Assembly: GCA_019244185.1 (NCBI GenBank) | Contig: JAFATB010000013.1 | Coordinates: forward strand, 96,001-160,000 | Reading direction: 5' to 3' | Origin: Acidobacteriota bacterium | GTDB lineage: Bacteria > Acidobacteriota > Thermoanaerobaculia > Gp7-AA8 | Length of the DNA stretch: 64,000 nucleotides | Shown: one piece after another, positions 59,785-64,000 of the stretch | Layout: every line of letters begins with the position of its first letter | Position numbering within the stretch: position 1 is the stretch's first letter | Program-made: the position numbers and the translations under genes | Notes under the pieces: generated by a model | Databases searched by the model: none | Seen by the model: the letters and a program-made list of their open reading frames with translations, nothing else | Told to the model about the DNA's origin: nothing

Positions 59785-60441
59785 ATGCCTCTTAATCGCG
59801 AACAGATCGTCCGCCGCGCCGCACAGGAGTTGCGCGACGGCTACTACGTCAACCTCGGCATCGGCATGCCCACGCTCGTCGCGAACAACATTCCCGCCGG
59901 TATGGAAGTGATCCTCCAGTCCGAAAACGGCATCCTCGGACTGGGACCGTTCCCGACGGACGATGAGGTGGACCCCGATCTCATCAACGCCGGCAAGCAG
60001 ACCGTGACCGTGCTTCCCGGCGCGGCGTTCTTCTCCAGCGCCGACTCGTTCTCCATGATCCGCGGCGGCAAGGTCGATCTCTCCATCCTCGGCGCGATGC
60101 AGGTCTCCGCGAAGGGCGACATCGCCAACTGGATGGTGCCCGGCGCGATGGTGAAAGGCATGGGCGGCGCGATGGATCTCGTCGCCGGCGCGAAACGCCT
60201 CATCGTGACCATGGAGCACGTCACGAAGAAGGGCGAGAAGAAGATCCTCGACGCGTGCAATCTGCCGCTGACGGGCGTCGGCTGCGTGAACCGCATCATC
60301 ACCGACTACTGCGTGCTCGACGTGACGGACGAAGGCCTGCGTCTCATCGAAGTCGCACCGGGCGTGACGCCGGAACAAGTGCAGTCGATGACCGAGCCGC
60401 GGCTCATCGTGGCCGAGAACGTGAAAGAGATCGCCGTGTGA
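59785..60441 (+). CDS. scoB: 3-oxoacid CoA-transferase subunit B
   Basis: [14 protein letters not shown] (catalytic Glu), [14 protein letters not shown]. Confidence 0.93.
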   Translation: MPLNREQIVRRAAQELRDGYYVNLGIGMPTLVANNIPAGMEVILQSENGILGLGPFPTDDEVDPDLINAGKQTVTVLPGAAFFSSADSFSMIRGGKVDLSILGAMQVSAKGDIANWMVPGAMVKGMGGAMDLVAGAKRLIVTMEHVTKKGEKKILDACNLPLTGVGCVNRIITDYCVLDVTDEGLRLIEVAPGVTPEQVQSMTEPRLIVAENVKEIAV

Positions 60442-60935
60442 AACCGGCGTTCGCACTCGTTCTCGCACTGACCACCGTTCGCTGCGCCACGATCGCGCAT
60501 GGCCGCATGCAGAACGTGCCCGTGAACTCGAATCCCGCGGGCGCCGCCGTCCGCGTCACCTGCGACGGCGCTCCTGCCGTCGACGCGGGCGTGACGCCGG
60601 CGACCGTGCGCCTACGGCGCGGCGCATCCGCATGTTCGCTGACGCTGGCAAAGGACGGCTATCGCACCGAGAGCGTGTCGTTCCAGCGCGCGCGCTCCGG
60701 CGTCTTCTACGCGAACGTCGTTCCGGGCGTCGTCGTCGGATCCGCCGCGGGCGCCGGTGCCGCGGTCGGCTCGCTGCTCGAGAGCGACAGCAACGACAAC
60801 TCCGGCAACGCCGCATTCGCCGCCGGCTTCGTCCTCGGCACCGCGATTCCGATGTTCATCGATCACGCGACCGGCGCGATGTACGTGCAGCGCCCGGAGC
60901 GCGTCGATGTGACGCTGACGCCGGCTACGCCGTGA
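60438..60935 (+). CDS. PEGA-like putative lipoprotein
   Basis: GTGA overlap with scoB; [12 protein letters not shown]...GVTP...[13 protein letters not shown]. Confidence 0.75.
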   Translation: MKPAFALVLALTTVRCATIAHGRMQNVPVNSNPAGAAVRVTCDGAPAVDAGVTPATVRLRRGASACSLTLAKDGYRTESVSFQRARSGVFYANVVPGVVVGSAAGAGAAVGSLLESDSNDNSGNAAFAAGFVLGTAIPMFIDHATGAMYVQRPERVDVTLTPATP

Positions 60936-60946
60936 GCTTACGCCCG

Positions 60947-61441
60947 CTACGCCGTAACGGCGTCGCTCTCGGTTTCCGGCTTCTTCCTCATGTCGAGGAA
61001 CAGCAGGCCGATGCCGATGCAGATCGCGGAGTCGGCGACGTTGAACGCCGGCCAGTGATGCACGCCGACGTACGCGTCGAAGAAGTCGACGACGTAGCCG
61101 AAGCGGAAGCGGTCGAGGAGGTTGCCGATCGCGCCGCCGAGAATGAGATGCAATCCCGTCTGCAGCAGGCGATCGGTGACGGCGGAGCGGAGCGCGTACA
61201 CGACCACGACGCAGAAGACCGCGATGGCGCCGGCGTTGAGCAGGATCGGCACGATGCGCGACGCGGCGTTCGCGCCGATGCCGAATGCGGCGCCGGTGTT
61301 GCGCACGTGCACGAGCTGAAAGAGGCCGGGGATCACGGACACCGCTTCATGCAGTTCGATGCGTTGCATGACCAGCCACTTGGTCCAGACGTCGAGAACG
61401 ATGACGGCGGCGGAGATGCTCAGGTAGTACGCGCGTTTCAA
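60947..61441 (-). CDS. lspA: Lipoprotein signal peptidase II
   Basis: [27 protein letters not shown]. Confidence 0.96.
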   Translation of the reverse strand: MKRAYYLSISAAVIVLDVWTKWLVMQRIELHEAVSVIPGLFQLVHVRNTGAAFGIGANAASRIVPILLNAGAIAVFCVVVVYALRSAVTDRLLQTGLHLILGGAIGNLLDRFRFGYVVDFFDAYVGVHHWPAFNVADSAICIGIGLLFLDMRKKPETESDAVTA

Positions 61442-62589
61442 CGGGTCGCTCCTGCGAGTTGGCGCTCTTCGATCAGCTTGTCGAGCTCGGCGCGCAAGCG
61501 GCCGAGAATCTCATCGTACGTATAGTGCCCGAGGGACTCCGGTCCGCGCTTGAGGTTCACGTAACTCGGCGCGCACCACATGCCGAGGTCCGCGTCGTCG
61601 GTTTCGCCCGGACCATTCACGCGACAGCCCATGACAGCGATGGTGATGTCGTGTGCCTTCGCATACTCGGTCATCTCCCGCACGTTCTGAGCCAGATCGA
61701 TGAAGGCCTCGTTCTCGACGCGCGAGCACGACGGGCAGCTGATGATGTTCAGCCCTTTGTGCTCGAAGCGCGGCACGGAGCGGAAGCGTCCCGCGGCGAT
61801 GTCGTCGAGGATCGCGCGGCCGACCGTGATCTCTTCGCCCTTGCGCTCGAACGGCAGCGTGAGCGAGACGCGGATCGTGTCGCCGATGCCGCGCGTGAGG
61901 AGCTGTTCAAACGCGATGCGCGTCTTGATGATGCCGTCCGGCGGCATGCCCGCCTCGGTCACGCCGAGGTGCAGCGGCACGTCGGGACGCGCCTCCGCGA
62001 AACGGAGGTTCGAGTCGATGACTTTGTTCGGATCGGAGTCCTTGATCGAGACGCAGTACTGATCGAAGCCGAGGTCGTCGAGCATCGTGCAATGCTCGAT
62101 CGCGGACTCGAGCATCGGCGTGATGTTGTCGTCGCGGTCGTACTTCGAGAGCTTGTCGGGATCGACGGAACCGGCGTTGACGCCGATGCGCATCGCGCAG
62201 CCGTACGCGCGCGCGACGTCGACGAGATAGGCGACCTTTTCGCGCACCGGCTTCTCGCGCTCGAGGTGATAGAGGTGGCCGGGGTTGTAGCGCAGCTTCT
62301 GGACGTACGGGGCGACCTTCTCGGCGAGGCGGTAGTTTTCCTGGAGGTCGATGGAGAGGTTCGCGTTGGGACGCGCGGCGCGGATCTCGGCGAGGGCGAC
62401 GACGTCTTTCGGGTTGTCGACGGCGATGCGGATGACGTCGGCTCCGGCGGCCTCGAGCAGCTCGACCTGGCGGATGGTGGCGGCGATGTCCTGCGTGCGC
62501 GTGGCGGTCATCGACTGCACGGCGACGGGGTTGCTCCCGCCGATCTTCACGTTGCCGATGCGGATCTCGCGCGTCTGTCGAGTCGTCAC
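61438..62589 (-). CDS. ispG: HMBPP synthase IspG
   Basis: [52 protein letters not shown]. Confidence 0.96.
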   Translation of the reverse strand: MTTRQTREIRIGNVKIGGSNPVAVQSMTATRTQDIAATIRQVELLEAAGADVIRIAVDNPKDVVALAEIRAARPNANLSIDLQENYRLAEKVAPYVQKLRYNPGHLYHLEREKPVREKVAYLVDVARAYGCAMRIGVNAGSVDPDKLSKYDRDDNITPMLESAIEHCTMLDDLGFDQYCVSIKDSDPNKVIDSNLRFAEARPDVPLHLGVTEAGMPPDGIIKTRIAFEQLLTRGIGDTIRVSLTLPFERKGEEITVGRAILDDIAAGRFRSVPRFEHKGLNIISCPSCSRVENEAFIDLAQNVREMTEYAKAHDITIAVMGCRVNGPGETDDADLGMWCAPSYVNLKRGPESLGHYTYDEILGRLRAELDKLIEERQLAGATR

Positions 62590-62654
62590 GCGGCTTCTTA
62601 ACGCGCGGCCCGGGCAAAGATTCCGTATGATCGCTCCCGTTGCGAGAGGCGAGC

Positions 62655-64000
62655 GTGCAAAATCGGGCGATTCTGACGGCGCTCCGCGCCGCCGCGATCG
62701 TCATCATCGCCACCGGCCTCAATGACGTGATCGCCGGCGCCGCCGCCGGCTACGAGCCGCTCTTCCTCTTCCTCGCCGCCGTCGCCCTGGTCTCTCTCCT
62801 CGACGGCGCGATCCTCGGCATCGCCACCGCCGTCGCCGTGGCCGCCCTCGACGTCCTGCTGTTCGTCCCCCGCGGCACGCCGCTGGCCCGCGCGCTCGCG
62901 ACGCCGCTGCTCTCGGCGCTGGCCGTGGCCGCGGTGATGACGGTGGTGCGCGCGCTCGTCCGCGCCCGGCGGCGCCAGCGCATGCCGGACATCTTTTCCG
63001 AGACGATCCCGCTCATCGAGGCGGAGGAGATGGAGTCGCCCGAAACGCTCCTCGCCGCCATCGACGCGCTGCGCCTCGAGCTCCGCCGCCGCGCCGAGCA
63101 GGAGGAGTCGCTCCGCACGCACATCGAGGCGCTGATGCAGGCGCGCGCGACCGAGTACGAGCGCGAGCTCGCCGCCGCCCGCACCGCTCGTCCCGCCGAC
63201 TCGGAAACCGCCGCGCAACTCGCGCGCGCCGAGGAGGAGCTGTCCGCCGCCCGCACCGCGCTCGAAGCGTCGCGCGCCGATACGCAGCGCGCGATGAACG
63301 AGCTGGCGCGAGCCGAGGAAGAACTCGAGACCGCGACCGGCGCGCTCGCGCGCGAGCGCGGAAACGCGGTGGCGTTCGCGACGAGCGTCGATACGACCAC
63401 GCGCGAACGCGACGCAGCGCGCGCGGAGTTCGAGCGCATGGCCGGAGAGGTGGTGCGCGAACGCGCGATCGGCACCGCCCTCGCGGCACGCGTCGCGGAG
63501 CTCGAACGCGCGCTTGCCGACGCGGCCGATGGCTCCGCCCGCGAGCGCGAGACCGCGCGCGCGGACGCCGAGCGCATCGCCGACGAGCTGACCCGCGAAC
63601 GCGCCAGCGCCGCGACGATGGCTACGCGCGTCGCCGCGATGGAAGGCGCCCTCGCCGCCGCGGAAGACGCCGCGCGCGAACGAGACGAAGCGCAGGCGCG
63701 CGCCGCTACCCTCACCACGCGCATCGCGGAGCTCGAACGCGGTTTGACAGAAGCGGCGAACGTTTCCCGCGAGCGCGACGCGCTGCAAACACGTCTCGCG
63801 GAATCCGAGACGCTCCGCACACAAGCAACAGAAGCGGCGCGCGCACGCGATGAGGCGGAGGCACGGGCCGCCGCACTGACCGCCCGCGTCGCGGAGCTCG
63901 AACGCGCCGCCGCGGATGCCTCCGACGCCGCCTACGACCGCAACGCCTTCCGCGCCCGCGCCGAGCAGATCGCGAACGAGCTCACCGCCGCCCAGGTGCG
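62655..64000 (+). CDS. Membrane protein (about 4 N-terminal TMs, DUF4118-like) with a long coiled coil; runs off the window and is absent from the ORF track
   Basis: Translated by hand from GTG after GAGAGG: [21 protein letters not shown]...; no stop to 64000; recurring R(V/I)AELER and RERD units. Confidence 0.8.
   Translation, partial: MQNRAILTALRAAAIVIIATGLNDVIAGAAAGYEPLFLFLAAVALVSLLDGAILGIATAVAVAALDVLLFVPRGTPLARALATPLLSALAVAAVMTVVRALVRARRRQRMPDIFSETIPLIEAEEMESPETLLAAIDALRLELRRRAEQEESLRTHIEALMQARATEYERELAAARTARPADSETAAQLARAEEELSAARTALEASRADTQRAMNELARAEEELETATGALARERGNAVAFATSVDTTTRERDAARAEFERMAGEVVRERAIGTALAARVAELERALADAADGSARERETARADAERIADELTRERASAATMATRVAAMEGALAAAEDAARERDEAQARAATLTTRIAELERGLTEAANVSRERDALQTRLAESETLRTQATEAARARDEAEARAAALTARVAELERAAADASDAAYDRNAFRARAEQIANELTAAQV

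Overview
A very GC-rich, gene-dense 64-kb chromosomal window from a diderm bacterium. Gene content and protein style suggest Acidobacteriota, possibly Thermoanaerobaculia; this is inference only. About 66 real CDSs were identified, and most of the many long overlapping ORFs are GC-rich shadow frames. Housekeeping genes (pqiABC, carA, lolC/E-type permease, ndh, methylmalonyl-CoA mutase, ybeY-phoH-rsmD, tRNA nucleotidyltransferase, mrp, scoAB, lspA, ispG) alternate with accessory signalling and envelope modules. No tRNA, rRNA, CRISPR array or transposase was seen. Main observations: (1) an ECF sigma/anti-sigma locus with three near-identical TGCAAC-N17-CGTC promoters and a possible fourth 7 kb away; (2) a BlaI plus M56-M23 fusion operon, divergent from a deacetylase-esterase fusion gene, with a mec/bla-type operator palindrome between them; (3) a CGNR regulator with a 30-bp palindrome, facing an apparently catalytically dead M49/DPP-III homologue and a Tat-exported metallo-hydrolase; (4) a phosphorelay operon whose sensor has GAF and DHp domains but no ATP-binding domain; (5) TANNNT boxes 6-9 nt before many start codons, suggesting leaderless mRNAs, including a perfectly symmetric divergent pair; (6) a small ORF plus nucleotidyltransferase pair, toxin-antitoxin-like, whose small ORF is absent from the ORF track; (7) an HpnR-like B12 radical SAM enzyme; (8) a shared basic C-terminal tail on two secreted proteins; (9) single-base frameshifts, an in-frame TGA and a DUF4157/AraC chimera, all confined to accessory genes, which may be sequencing or assembly errors.
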